The notes under the pieces: generated by a model
Told to the model about the DNA's origin: nothing
Seen by the model: the letters and a program-made list of their open reading frames with translations, nothing else
Databases searched by the model: none
Program-made: the position numbers and the translations under genes
In this document: positions 49,236 through 61,034 of the stretch, piece after piece
How the letters are laid out: every line of letters starts with the position of its first letter
How positions within the stretch are numbered: position 1 is the first letter of the stretch
Source: Vitrella brassicaformis CCMP3155
Lineage: Eukaryota; Protista; Chromerida
Length of the DNA: 64,000 bases
Direction of reading: 5' to 3'
Assembly: GCA_001179505.1 (NCBI GenBank)
Contig: CDMY01000231.1
Coordinates: 95,562 to 159,561, forward strand

Positions 49236-50646
49236 TGGGATGGACAAGGGGCGAGGGGCGAGGAGGGAGGGGCGTGGCATCAGTTGTGTCTTACGTGTGT
49301 TGGTGTGTGTATGGATGGTACGTACGGATCGGATCTTTCTTCTCTTTGGGTGGCGAATGGAATCATGGGCAGGGCAGCCAGTGATTCTGTCTGACTGACT
49401 TGTTGTCGGCCCGGCCGATCGCTTTTGTGCGGTCGGTGCTGTGTGCACCGCACCGCCTGCTGCAGGCTTGGCTGAATGAAGGCTTGCAGCACGTCGGTCC
49501 CTGCAAAGAGCGCACACGACCCGACCAAAGCCACCAGCCGCCCGCGTCACTGAGAGACAGACAGACAGACAGGTGGCGTCGTCCGACTTGTTTCCTGTAC
49601 GTGTCTGCCTGCCTGCAAACCTCCCTGCCTGAGACAGAACAGGATGGATGGATGGATGGAGAGAGGGCTCGCTTGCTCTCTCACGGTCCACACACACACG
49701 CACCGCACCTATCTATCTGTTGCGTGTGGGCGCACCGCACCTGTCTGTCCAATGTGATATGGCATAGAGGGGAATACATGAGAACATCCTGCCTGGATGG
49801 ATGGCTGCATGGGGGGGTGGGGGAAGCCAGGTGAGGTGATCGGCCTGCACCCCTGTCACATCCCTTGCAGCAGAGTCTTTATCTTGCTGTGTCTGAAAGT
49901 GGGCCGGTGACTGAGGGAGTCAGTGAGCGTCGTTTCGCTTTCAATGCAATGGCGCCATGTACACCGCAATGCAGTGAGTTGCTGGCCAACAGATGCATCA
50001 GGAGAGAGGACGCTACGCAGCTGGCTGGGCAGGCAGGCCCCGCACACACGCAACTGTGCGTGAGTGTCTCTCTCTCTGTCTCTCTGTGTGTGTGGTGTGA
50101 GAAAGCGAGGCGATCAGATCGGGCGTGCGTGCGTGCATGAGTGTATGCAGGCACACACTGTCCATGGCTATCAGCGCTGTATAGTCCACGTTCGATGGTG
50201 AGTGAGATGGATGGATGGATGACACAATTCAACTGCGATGGATGCCATGCATGGACTCCGGGAAATCCCACTCTCGCAACGCGCCATGCGTTGCCATGCA
50301 TATCGATGATAGATAGCTTTGGACAGACAGACAGACAGATGACCGTGCCGTGCCGCCTCTCTGCATCAATCAATCAATCATCCCTCCCCTCCCCTCCCCG
50401 CCTTGTCCGTCCGCATCCATGCCATGCACAAACACGCAGGTCATGTGTCCTTCCCTCCCTCCCGACCCGACACACATACACACACAAAAACTGCCTGCAT
50501 ACACACAACACACGGTGCGGTGGTGTCCCTTCCTTGCCTGCACCGCACCACATTCTGTTCTGAATGAAAAACTCATGCACACATACATACATACAGCCAT
50601 TCATTCTGAATGAATGGATGGATGGCTGGATGGCTATAGGGTCATG

Positions 50647-53548
50647 TTATGTTGGTCCGCGCAGTTTAGAATCGAAGGAGATGGTTTTGCCTCTAATCAT
50701 GGGGAAGTCCACCTGCCGCGCCAAGTCACGCAAGAACTCGGGGATGTCAAGGTCCTCTGCCACAGCCTGTCATGTCAGGACACACATTATGTGCACAGAC
50801 AGACAGACAGACAGATGGACGGATTGGATTGACGGGATGGACCTCACACACACATTAACGTGTGGATGGGATGGGATGGGTGGTCGTGTCGTGTCGGTGG
50901 TCAGCTGACTGACCTCGACTTGCATTTTGACGTTTTTCCTCCTGGCTTTGAGTGCGGCCATTGTCCTCTTGAGTATCCTTTTCTCTTGGAAGCGCATCCT
51001 GACGGCCATCCGCTGGCTCTTGCTCATCATCGAAAAGAGACCTCGATCCGATATCAACGCCTCGTCCTCAGCATCAGTCGTCGGATACCTTCACACACAC
51101 ACACACACCACAGGTGACGGGGTGGTGCGTGTGTGAGTGTGGTCTTGTTGTTCACCTCTGCAGTATCTCGGCACACTGTTCGATGACGGTGTCGAGCACC
51201 CTGTTCTCGAGAGCCTCGCTCAACGGCCTGAAGACAGCGACGTCATATATCGAATGGACATCATGGACAGACAATCTCTCTCCGCCCTTATTTCTCCTAG
51301 CTAACCTGGTGAAGTCGAATCTTGCGAGTGGTCTGTCGCCCAGTGTGGCCTTGTCAATGACCATCAGACGCACAAACTCAAACATCTCAGACGGAAACCT
51401 GCACACCACACAACACACAAACGGATATGCATTGCATTGCATCCATCAATCAGACGAAGACCCACCCCTCCCCTCTGTCTGTGTTGAACGCATTGCATAC
51501 ACACACGCGCAGCGTATCTGACTCACTCACTCCCTCACTTGTCATCTCCGACAGGGAAGAATATCCTGGAGGGCAGCCCCGCCTTGTCGACGAATGCCAT
51601 CTTGTCGTCATAGAGCTCGTCGTTGGGGTCCAGCTGGAAGTCGAGGGACACCGTGTTGTGAGGGTTGCGGTCGAGTGCGAAGCCGTACAGCAGCAGCAGG
51701 TCGGCGTTGCTCTTCTGACCGTAACTCACGTACACCTAAACCACAAGCCGGTGGGGGACACACACGAGATCCGATCCGGACGGTACGGCGGGTAGNNNNN
51801 NNNNNNNNNNNNNNNNNNNNNNNNNNNNNNNNNNNNNNNNNNNNNNNNNNNNNNNNNNNNNNNNNNNNNNNNNNNNNNNNNNNNNNNNNNNNNNNNNNNN
51901 NNNNNNNNNNNNNNNNNNNNNNNNNNNNNNNNNNNNNNNNNNNNNNNNNNNNNNNNNNNNNNNNNNNNNNNNNNNNNNNNNNNNNNNNNNNNNNNNNNNN
52001 NNNNNNNNNNNNNNNNNNNNNNNNNNNNNNNNNNNNNNNNNNNNNNNNNNNNNNNNNNNNNNNNNNNNNNNNNNNNNNNNNNNNNNNNNNNNNNNTGAGT
52101 TGACAAGGAAGGCATAGATAGGACAACGGATGCATATAGAGCGCCTGGCTAACTGGCTGACCTGTTCCATCCTCTTGTAGGCCCTGTCGGTGTAGACCTT
52201 GACGTCATCATCCACCACACGCACCTGTTCCGTTATCGGGTCACCACGCCAACGCTAAACAAACAGGGAGAGAAACAGACAGACAGACAGACAGACGGAC
52301 GGGAGGAAAAATTGCCCGTAGGTGAATGTCCGTCGGTGACTGCAGTGAAGGGTCGGCCGGCCGCCCGTTTGTTTAATTAGCTAGGTAGGTACCTTGAGGA
52401 AAGCACTGGGTGACTCGGCGGTGATGAATGACGAAGAGAAGGGGCTGTGGTTGATCAGATCGGCATACGGCACCATCGCTATCTCCTCCCTCTGGTATCA
52501 GACAGACACCCAAAACAGTAAGTAACACGATCGGTGTAGTGTGTACGAGTGAGGGCATGGCATGGTGTGAGCTCGCTGACTGACCTCCTTAGACGTCGAT
52601 TTGCCGAGCTGCAGCCTGATGGACCGGCTGAAGATTTGAATGAAGGCCCACAGCCACGCCTCAAACGTGAAGACGTCCTGCATGCATGGCATGGCATGGA
52701 CATGGACCGGGAGGGAGGGAGGGAGGGAGGGAGTGTGTGATTAGTTGATCATGCATTGCAGGGCAGGCAGCGCAAGAGCAATCAGTCACTGTGTGGGGGC
52801 TAGGCTAGGCAGTGTAGTCTCACCTACCTCAGGGAACATTTCAGGTTTCTTGGTCAGGACGAGGGACCTGACGCGGTCGTACTCGTTGAGCAGTTTCTCG
52901 CGGAGGGACCTACGTCAAACACAAAAGGACAGAAAGCGATAAGGGCCTAACTCTGTCGTACGTAGACAGACAAGATGCGACGTGTGTGTGTGTGAATACG
53001 CACGTTGCTGTGATGAATGCTTGTGAGCCCCTCAGCAGTTCCACGTCCTCCTCAGGCCACACAAACGTGGGGTTTACCTCCTGCAACATATAATTACACC
53101 GATCACACTTGCTCCATGCACATGGCACACCTCGCCCGCCCTTGCTGCATGCTGCCTCTGTCGGCGGGCTGGACTGGGCTGGGCTGTGCAGCCATCGACC
53201 TACTCCCTCACCTCTATGGTGGGCAGCACATCCAGGTAAGGGAAAAAGAACGAGTCATCTCCCTTGGCCCGCTCGTGGATCAGCAGCAACGCTATCGCTA
53301 TGTGCTCAGACATACCACTGCAAAACACATACACACATCAAGTGTCCCAATGAGCACAGTGCATCACATCATCTCGCCGTGCCGTGGTGGTTGCTCGTGT
53401 GTGTGTTACTCGTCGACGATGTCTGGTCCGAAGACCCGCCTGGCAGCGTCCTTGGTGAAGCAAAGCCTCAGCGGCACCGACAGGACCTCCTCATTCACGT
53501 CGAGCTGTTTCTTGGCCAACAGACCCCTACCGGCTGACTCGCCTGAGG

Positions 53549-53579
<31 letters not shown>

Positions 53580-54347
53580 CACACACAAAACGGTCCTCCC
53601 TCTTTGTGTGAGTGTGTGTGTGTGTGTGTGTATCAGCTCTCTACCGGCGTTCTCGTCCATGACGTCAGTTGCGAGGAGGCATGCATGTGGTGCCAGTCCC
53701 CACTCCGACTTCTCACTCAAGTACACTCCATTCGCAAACAACCAGCCCGCCAACGCCTCGTTCTGCTGAACCTGAAGCAATCAAACACACCGCCCACCAA
53801 AGCAGCGAGTGAAAGATCACCGACCGAATGGGTCGTTGCGCACCGTCCCATGTTGGATACGCACCTTGATATCGTCGCTCGTTAGTCCTCTGAGCCCCCT
53901 GAGTTTGGATGTGGTGGCCGCCCCTGGCCTGTCAGTCTGTCCCCGGGTCTTCTCCCAGAGGGACCTGTCGTCCCTGAAGAGATCTGTCACATTCCGCTCC
54001 CCCATGACGACCTCCACCAGCGGCCCCTCCAGAGGCGACAGGATGTCCTTGACAGATGGACTCTCGGGACGGCTCTGCGCCAACAACCGGCGATGAGGCC
54101 TCCTGTCACTTCCCCTGACTCTCACACCTGCACGCAACACCGGACAAAAAGAGACGAGGCCTTGTGTGCATCTGACGTCTGCAGGCCGCGGTGATGTGGT
54201 GGCTTCAGAGTGAGTGTTGTGCGAGATCTGCAAGGCAGCCGTGCGCTCCTTACCCGATGGCGCTATGAATGTCATGTGCTGCCTGTTCCATGCATCTGCT
54301 GCCTCGAGGAAGCCCAGCAAGCATGCTACAGCCACTTGAACCACCAT
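50647..54347 (-). CDS. Rubisco-LSMT-type SET-domain lysine methyltransferase with a bipartite plastid-type leader
   Basis: GESAGRGLLA, FFPYLDVLP, WAFIQIFSR, MVPYADLINH, EQ|VYVSYGQKSNADLLLLYGF and YPTTDAED. The N-gap falls inside an intron, because EQ and VYVSYG join directly. Confidence 0.85.
51796..52095. other. Assembly gap (300 N), intronic in the LSMT-like gene
   Basis: Run of N. Confidence 1.
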
Positions 54348-54383
54348 CAGTTGGTTGGTAGTTGCGTTTAACGAGCCGAGCTC

Positions 54384-54390
54384 AGCTCGC
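54384..54390. promoter_or_regulatory. Candidate promoter motif AGCTCGC
   Basis: In the 92-bp LSMT/esterase spacer. Confidence 0.5.
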
Positions 54391-54439
54391 AAGTGGAAAT
54401 AAACCGAAATAAACGCCCCTCTCTGGGTCTGCTAAACTG

Positions 54440-57400
54440 ATGTGGGTTTCGTACTGGCGACCTCGTGCGTTGCGCAGCCAGTCGACGAAGTGTTCGTTGA
54501 TACGGATGGAGGGGCAGATCCTAATGATCCTATTCCCTGCGAGCCGACTGACCCTGCCACATTCCCAGCGCCCTGCGCCAAGTTCGTCCCCGGCGTGAGC
54601 ACCGCGAGTTTTGACCCCGACACCCCCGCTGAGCCTGTCAACCTTTTCCTTGGTCAGCAGATGACGCAGAAAGCAGCTCCACGCCGCGCACTGGCTGCAT
54701 GCTTTCGGTCCTGACGTGCCTGTCTGCAGGCATCCGGTACGCCACCGCCGAGCGCTTCAAGCCGGCCCAAGAGGTACGTACAGTACGGACTGGACCATAT
54801 TACGGGGGCAGCCGAGAAGACGGGGGACTGTGTATGGCGTGGCTTCAGGTAGTCTATCAACAGCCGGAGTCATTCAATGTCGCCGAAAACAAAGGCAACG
54901 CGTGCATCAGTGGGTGTGGTTTGACAGTCAACACTGACGCCATCTGCGAGTCTCCCAACGGCGTGGAGAGTGAGGATTGCCTCTTCCTTTCCATCTGGCG
55001 GCCCACAGTTCTGACCGAGATCAGGAGACAGATCACGATCGTCTTACACGGAGGCGGCTTCCTTGCCGGGAGCGGCATGGCCGATTTCTCGTATGTCGAG
55101 GAGTTGGCACGACGAACAGGTCGGTCGGTCGGTCGGTCAGTGATGATAAATGGTGGACCTGCGCTGACTCGTCGTGGATTGATTCATTCAGGTGGCTTGG
55201 TGGTTTCCATAAATTACCGCCTGGGCATCCTCGGGTGGCTGTCTTCGTTCACAATCAATCCCCGGCAATGCCGGACTCACTGATGTGTGGGCGGCTTTGG
55301 GATGGCTCAAGAGATACGCCACAGTATGTATATGTGTCACTCGCCTCTCAACCACACGTCATCACTCATCCAGCTACCCATCTACCCACCCACCCACCCA
55401 CCCACCTACCTACCTGTCTGTCTGTCTGTCTGTCTGTTTGTCTATCTGTTTGTCTATCTATTTGTGGGATGGATGCGCACCCCCTGAATGCAGTACTTTG
55501 TGGGTGAGGTGTGCGAAGGTTCGGGGGGCGTTAGGAGACTGTGTCGCTTCGACGAATTGACCATAAAGATCTGGGGCTTCAGTGCGGGAGCCAAGCTGGC
55601 AGCGGTGGGTGCGCAACCAACCAGTCCTGCCTACCTGATTGATTGATTGGTTGATTGAGCGCGCCGCGGTCTGTGTGTCTGTATCTGTTTGCAGTGTCTG
55701 TTGACCAGCCCTGCGACACCGATATTTACGGGGCTACAGCTGGAGCAGATAGACCGAGTGATTCTGTCAAGTGGCAGCTGGGGCCTGCCACTTCGCGACT
55801 CCAAGCTCCTCAAAATTCAGACGGAGACCATTCTCAAAACACTCAAGTAAGTCACACACTGAGCGTGATCTGTTCGTTGTCTGTGCGTTATCTCTCGGTG
55901 GGGACAGGTGCATCGGTTTGCTCGAGCACCTGCAGGTCGATGAAGACAACGGCGCCTTCATTGTACAAGATAGTGTGATCACGTGGCTCGAGGTATGCAT
56001 AAATGGCACACAGCAGGAACACTAGCACTACGGAGGGTGGCTGCCATGGTACCCGGCCCCACACACTATGACAGAACGCTGACGTGGAGAAGATACGATT
56101 GGCTACTGCTGCGGGCGTGGCGGTAAGCAAGCACAATACAGCTTGTCTATCTGAGTGTGGACAGTGGTGCGTGTGTCCGTCAATGCAGGCTGTTGTACTG
56201 GCTGACTTCTCCCATATAGCCACCCCTTATGGCCCGGTGGGCGTGCCTCCCTTCATACCGGGGACCGACTGCGTCCAAGACCTCAAAGTGGGCCGCCTGC
56301 CCTGCCCTGCCCTGCAACACACACGAACACACCAACCAGATGTAGATTTGTGCTCCCTCTTTCCGCAGCAAGGGAAGCTGTTCGGGGCAGTATCAGACGA
56401 GGCAAAAGGGCCGAGGTTTCTCATCACCGGAGGCAAGAACGAAGGAACCCTCTTCATCCGATCGGTGGGCGACTGAGTCGGCTCCCGGGGATCCTTCAGG
56501 AGTGTTCCAACCTCACCACTTGTGCGTCTGGTGTGGGCACTTTTTGGGCTTGCTGTCGGGCCTCCCAGGTTCATCCATCATCTCCAAGCTCGTCTTCAAT
56601 CCCTTAACATACACGTACGTAGGCCGCCCATTACGTACTGGCTTGTCTCACCCTCTGTCTCTCTGTCTCTCTGTCTGTCTGGTCGGTCGTCTGTGTATGT
56701 ATGTGTGTGGGTGTGTGTGGGTGTATGTGTTCAGGATCGCGCTGTTAGCGCTCTTCGGCTGGGACGCCTCGTGCCTAATGTACCAGTACCCTTCAAGGTG
56801 AGTGAGGCACCCACAAACGCACATAGGGAACCCATCCAACAAACACATGTGCACCTATCGTGTGTGTGCCATCCGTCTGACAGCGGCAAGGATGATGGTG
56901 AGCCGAGTGACGGTCTTGGCAGCAGCCCCGATCTCATCAGCAGTGTGTCTAGCCTGGTCAGCGAGAGAGTGACCGAGTCACTTATTGACTCATTCCGACG
57001 TGTTGGTGGTGGTGTGTGTGTCAGTATGGTGATAGTTACTACTCGTGCTCGGCCCGCGCCCTCTGCAAGGCACTGGCTGCGAGCGGGCACACATGCTATG
57101 GCAGTTTCTACGAGGCGGGATGGGATTATTCCGCCCCCACAGTCATGACGGATGCGGTGGCACCCAAGGGCGGACAATTTGATATCTACAGGAGTTTCTG
57201 CTTCTTGCCCGGCACCACCTGCCACCTTGAGGAACAGGCGAGTGCTACGGAACAGACACCTACACGCACTCACCGAACTAGTTAGTGCCCGTCTGTCGGT
57301 GTGCAGATGTGGGCCCTCGGCAATGGACAGAGGATCTTCACCAAAGAGAGGACTGGCGCAACTGACGATTTCCTGTTCTCTGATTCACCGCTTGCCACTG

Positions 57401-58227
57401 AGGAAGTGGCGCTCACCCGCCGGATCAACCCAAGCGAGACGCCAGCACCCGTCTTCAATGCGGGCTTGTTCTCTATAATTCAGGAATTCTTCGGCCCAGA
57501 CGGGGTTCCCTTCAGCCCCGCTGAGGAGTCCGATAACGTATGGCCCCCGTTCACTGCAGACACAGCCAACTATGCGGCGCTGTCCGATTTGGTAAAGGGG
57601 GCCGGCAACAGCCCTGTGCAGTTCCTCAAGCCGCCGGCACAGGTTGAGCCTGAAGGAGGGTTCAAAGCGGAGGAATGCGCGTGCTGGGACACAATCAATC
57701 CCGAGTGAGGAAGAGGAGTACACATGAACGAGTACATCCATCCATCCATACACACACACGTGTCTCTCTTGCCTTTCTTGCCGGACTGTGTCGTGTTTCT
57801 GTCTGAGTGCAGCTACGATCTTACGTGGCTGCAGATCAAAAAGGAGCGGAAGGGATTCTCCGCCGCTCTCACAGAGCAGCAATGCGACAACGGCACTGTG
57901 GCGGTTATGACGGGCCCCCCGCCGGCCAATAAGACGGTGGCTGCGGCATGGAGAGACGTCTTCGCCAAGCACCCCGTCCAGGCGGCCTTTGCCCTGTCGC
58001 TGCAGGCGGCCATGGACCCCCACCCGGCTTGCATGGACCCCAACACAGGCCGGATAGAGTCGAGGGACGGCAGGAAGGTGCCGCCCAGCAAGGTCAAGAT
58101 CAACAAAGGCGGCAGGGCAGTGGCCATCAATAATGGAGGCTACAAGATCAGACCCAGCGACTTCCGTCATGTGCCTCGCGCAATGGCAATGCTGACCACA
58201 CTCATCGACGGGGCCGCTGACGAATGA
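54440..58227 (+). CDS. Type-B carboxylesterase/lipase with an apparent +1 frameshift (possible pseudogene or assembly error) and a C-terminal extension
   Basis: FL|GIRYA, SEDCLFL, HGGGF, VVSINYRLG, PGNAGLTD (shifted frame), WGFSAG, KNEG and TCHLEE: the Ser/Glu/His triad is present. There is an extra C at 55260-55263 and no in-frame ATG upstream. Confidence 0.8.
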
Positions 58228-58842
58228 ATGAATGGATGCATGTGTCGGTGACGAGTGCACACGTTGGCAGGGGTGGGTAGCACTGCAGCAGGGAAGTGGA
58301 GTGGTCACAGCGGGCGAGTGAATTGTGCCGATCAAGTGGCCCAAGTAATTTGTTTTCCCCCTGGTTTTCGTGCTTGTTTCTGGTTTTGTTGCCGTGTGGC
58401 TGCGCGTCCTCGTCTTGTCGTGTGCACACGAATCCAGGGAGGGAAGGCATGTGATGTGATGTGATGTGATGTGATATGATGTGATGTGATGTGCACCATA
58501 CGAACGTCCGTAGGTCGTAGGTGTGCTGTTGCTCCCCTGTTGGGAGTTTTGCATCCTTTCTCAGTCAACAGCTGACTGACAGATTCATTCATTCATTCAG
58601 CGGCACCCATGTATGTATTGTATGCATACGTCATGTTCTGTACAGCGACTCACACACATGACATGCAAGTAACGCCCTCCCTACCCCTACCCCTCTCTCT
58701 CGTCTTTCCGTCGGACTCGCTTGCTCAGCTGAGCCTCGTGGCGGCCTGTCTGCGTGCCTGCCTGCCTGCCTGCCTGCCTGTGTGTCTGTCTGCCTGCCTG
58801 CCTGCCTGTCTGTGTGTCGCGTTGATTGATGTGACGAATGGA

Positions 58843-59869
58843 TCAGACGAGGAGTATTCTGTACTTGTCCTCCGACGGCACCTGGTGGATCGCCAGACGG
58901 CCGTCGTACGACACCTGCAGCAAGACACATATACATACATGATCCATCAGGGATTGAGTGGCTAAGTGAGTGTTTTCTTCTGTTGGTGGCTGGCCCACCG
59001 ATGCGAAGACCCATGCATCACACGCACTCCAACAGAGGCCATAAATGGAATCCTAACACGCGCACCCACACACACACAGCTGGCAACATTCAGCAGCTTT
59101 GCTCTCCGTCCTGTGTGTGCCGTCCCTGACTTCGTGGTCTTCGAAGCTGCGGATGAGGCCGTCAGGCAGCTCGCCTCCGCCCTCCTCACCACTACCACAT
59201 CCATACACACATACACGGGGCGGGGCGGGGCACGATGATTGATTGACACAACACGCGATATAGACAGATGGCTATATATTTCTTGGTGAGGTGATCATCT
59301 ATCTGATGTGATGTGTGTGACTTGACTTGAGTGGCTGCGTACGTTACGTACGTACGTGTCTTTGGCCACGGGTGTGGTGGCTGAGAGCGTCGAGGAGGAC
59401 CGCATCGGGGCAGACGACACCGAACCAACAGTCCACAAATTCACAAGCGAATCCGTCCCTGAACACAACACATGACATACACATTATGTACATCCACCAC
59501 AGACACATGTCCATGCATGCAGGCCAACGAGATCGTGCAGCGGAGGATGGATGAGGGTGTGTTGGTACCTCCTGTGATGAGGAGCTGGTCATGGTAGGCG
59601 TTGTAGCACACGCGGGATATCCAATGGCTGTGCACCGTACCGATGCGCTGACACACGCACACCACACCACACCACACCACAGCACAAGCACACAAACGAG
59701 TCCATTTATGTGTCCCAAACACAGGATCAGAGAGAGCATCCCCCACTTTGAAGCATGCGTTGAGTTTCCTGAGGTCCCAGAACCTCAGTGTGGCGTCCTC
59801 GCCTGCCGTCACTATGTAATAGGGACGGTTGGGGTTGTAGTCCACATCCAACACACTACACACACATAC

Positions 59870-59905
<36 letters not shown>

Positions 59906-60955
59906 GCACGGCGAGGTGAGATCGACAAGACATCCAGGTGATGTGACGTGAAAGGGCTCCCCGACCGACCCGTATGGGTGTGTGTCAGCTCTCTGGACTG
60001 TGGTCTTGATGGTGCGGAGATCCCACCCCCGGATGCCGCCGTCATCGACAGTCGTCAGCTGCATCGGGTGGTGTGGGTCCATGCTGCCACCATAGCACAC
60101 CCGGCCCTCCAAGTCGACTCGTGATGCACTGCGGAAGCCGCTCACACACCCACCCGCTGGTGCGTCGCTCTCGAGCACCCGGATGGCCCTGCTCTCCAGC
60201 ACCACCAAACGGCACATGGGTGAGGGGCCCTCGGTGCTGTGAGGGTCCAGCAGAAACCTGGTCGGTCAACAGAATCGATCAAACACATCGACGCACGACT
60301 GACCAGATGGCTGCAGCACAGCCAGATGCGCCATGCCAGTCACCTACCTCCTGACAGGCGTGAATGGTGTGTTTTGATCAATGGTCTCCTCCAGCTTGAG
60401 CTCATCATGCTGCACTCGCCATAACCGACATCTGTGGTCTGCCCACACACACACAGTGAGTGCAAATATGTAGAAAGAGGAGAGGACACAGAGGGACCAC
60501 CTGCGGGTGCATTGGCTGTTCCGCTGCCCGTGATGAGTCGCAGCTGGCCGCTGTCCGTGCCATTGGCTGTGGCTGATGTTGCCTGGCCGCCGTCGAATGC
60601 CGGCAGTGCAATGATGCTCCACACCTCCTCTGGGTGCGACAGGATCTTCTCACACACAATGTCGCGGCTCGGGTTGTCCTCCACAAACTCTATCACGTGC
60701 ACCTGACAGACAGACACCCATCGACAGGACAGGACCTGGTCTGAGTGTCTGGTGGCCGTATACTCACCTCATTTGTATCTCTGAGTGAGCATGTGGCTGT
60801 GACGAACCGGTGACGGTCGGGATCTGATAGCACGGGAGCCACACAACGCGCCGCATATTTGACGCCTGAACAATCGATTAGCCACGTGACAGAGATCCTA
60901 TATGCCATGAGTTGAGTTCTGCCTTCGTCTTACCGTATATGCGTGCAGATGACAT
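58843..60955 (-). CDS. EIPR1: WD40 protein EIPR1/TSSC1 (EARP/GARP-interacting) homologue
   Basis: MSSARIYG|VKYAARC, LDVDYNPNRPYYIVTAGED, HSHWISRVCYNAYHDQL, DHE|DSIYGLCWSACDAWVFAS|VSYDGRL...KYRILL. Confidence 0.9.
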
Positions 60956-61034
60956 CAACCGCTTGAAGCCGCCTCAAGCTTGTGCGAAACCGGCAGCAGG
61001 GTTTCAAACCCCGAAACCCTATGCGAATGTCGAA

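Noticed and set aside
49300-50640. Many short ORFs between LSM12 and the LSMT-like gene (also 20100-21100)
   Set aside because: Microsatellite-rich convergent intergenic/UTR sequence with no coherent exon chain.
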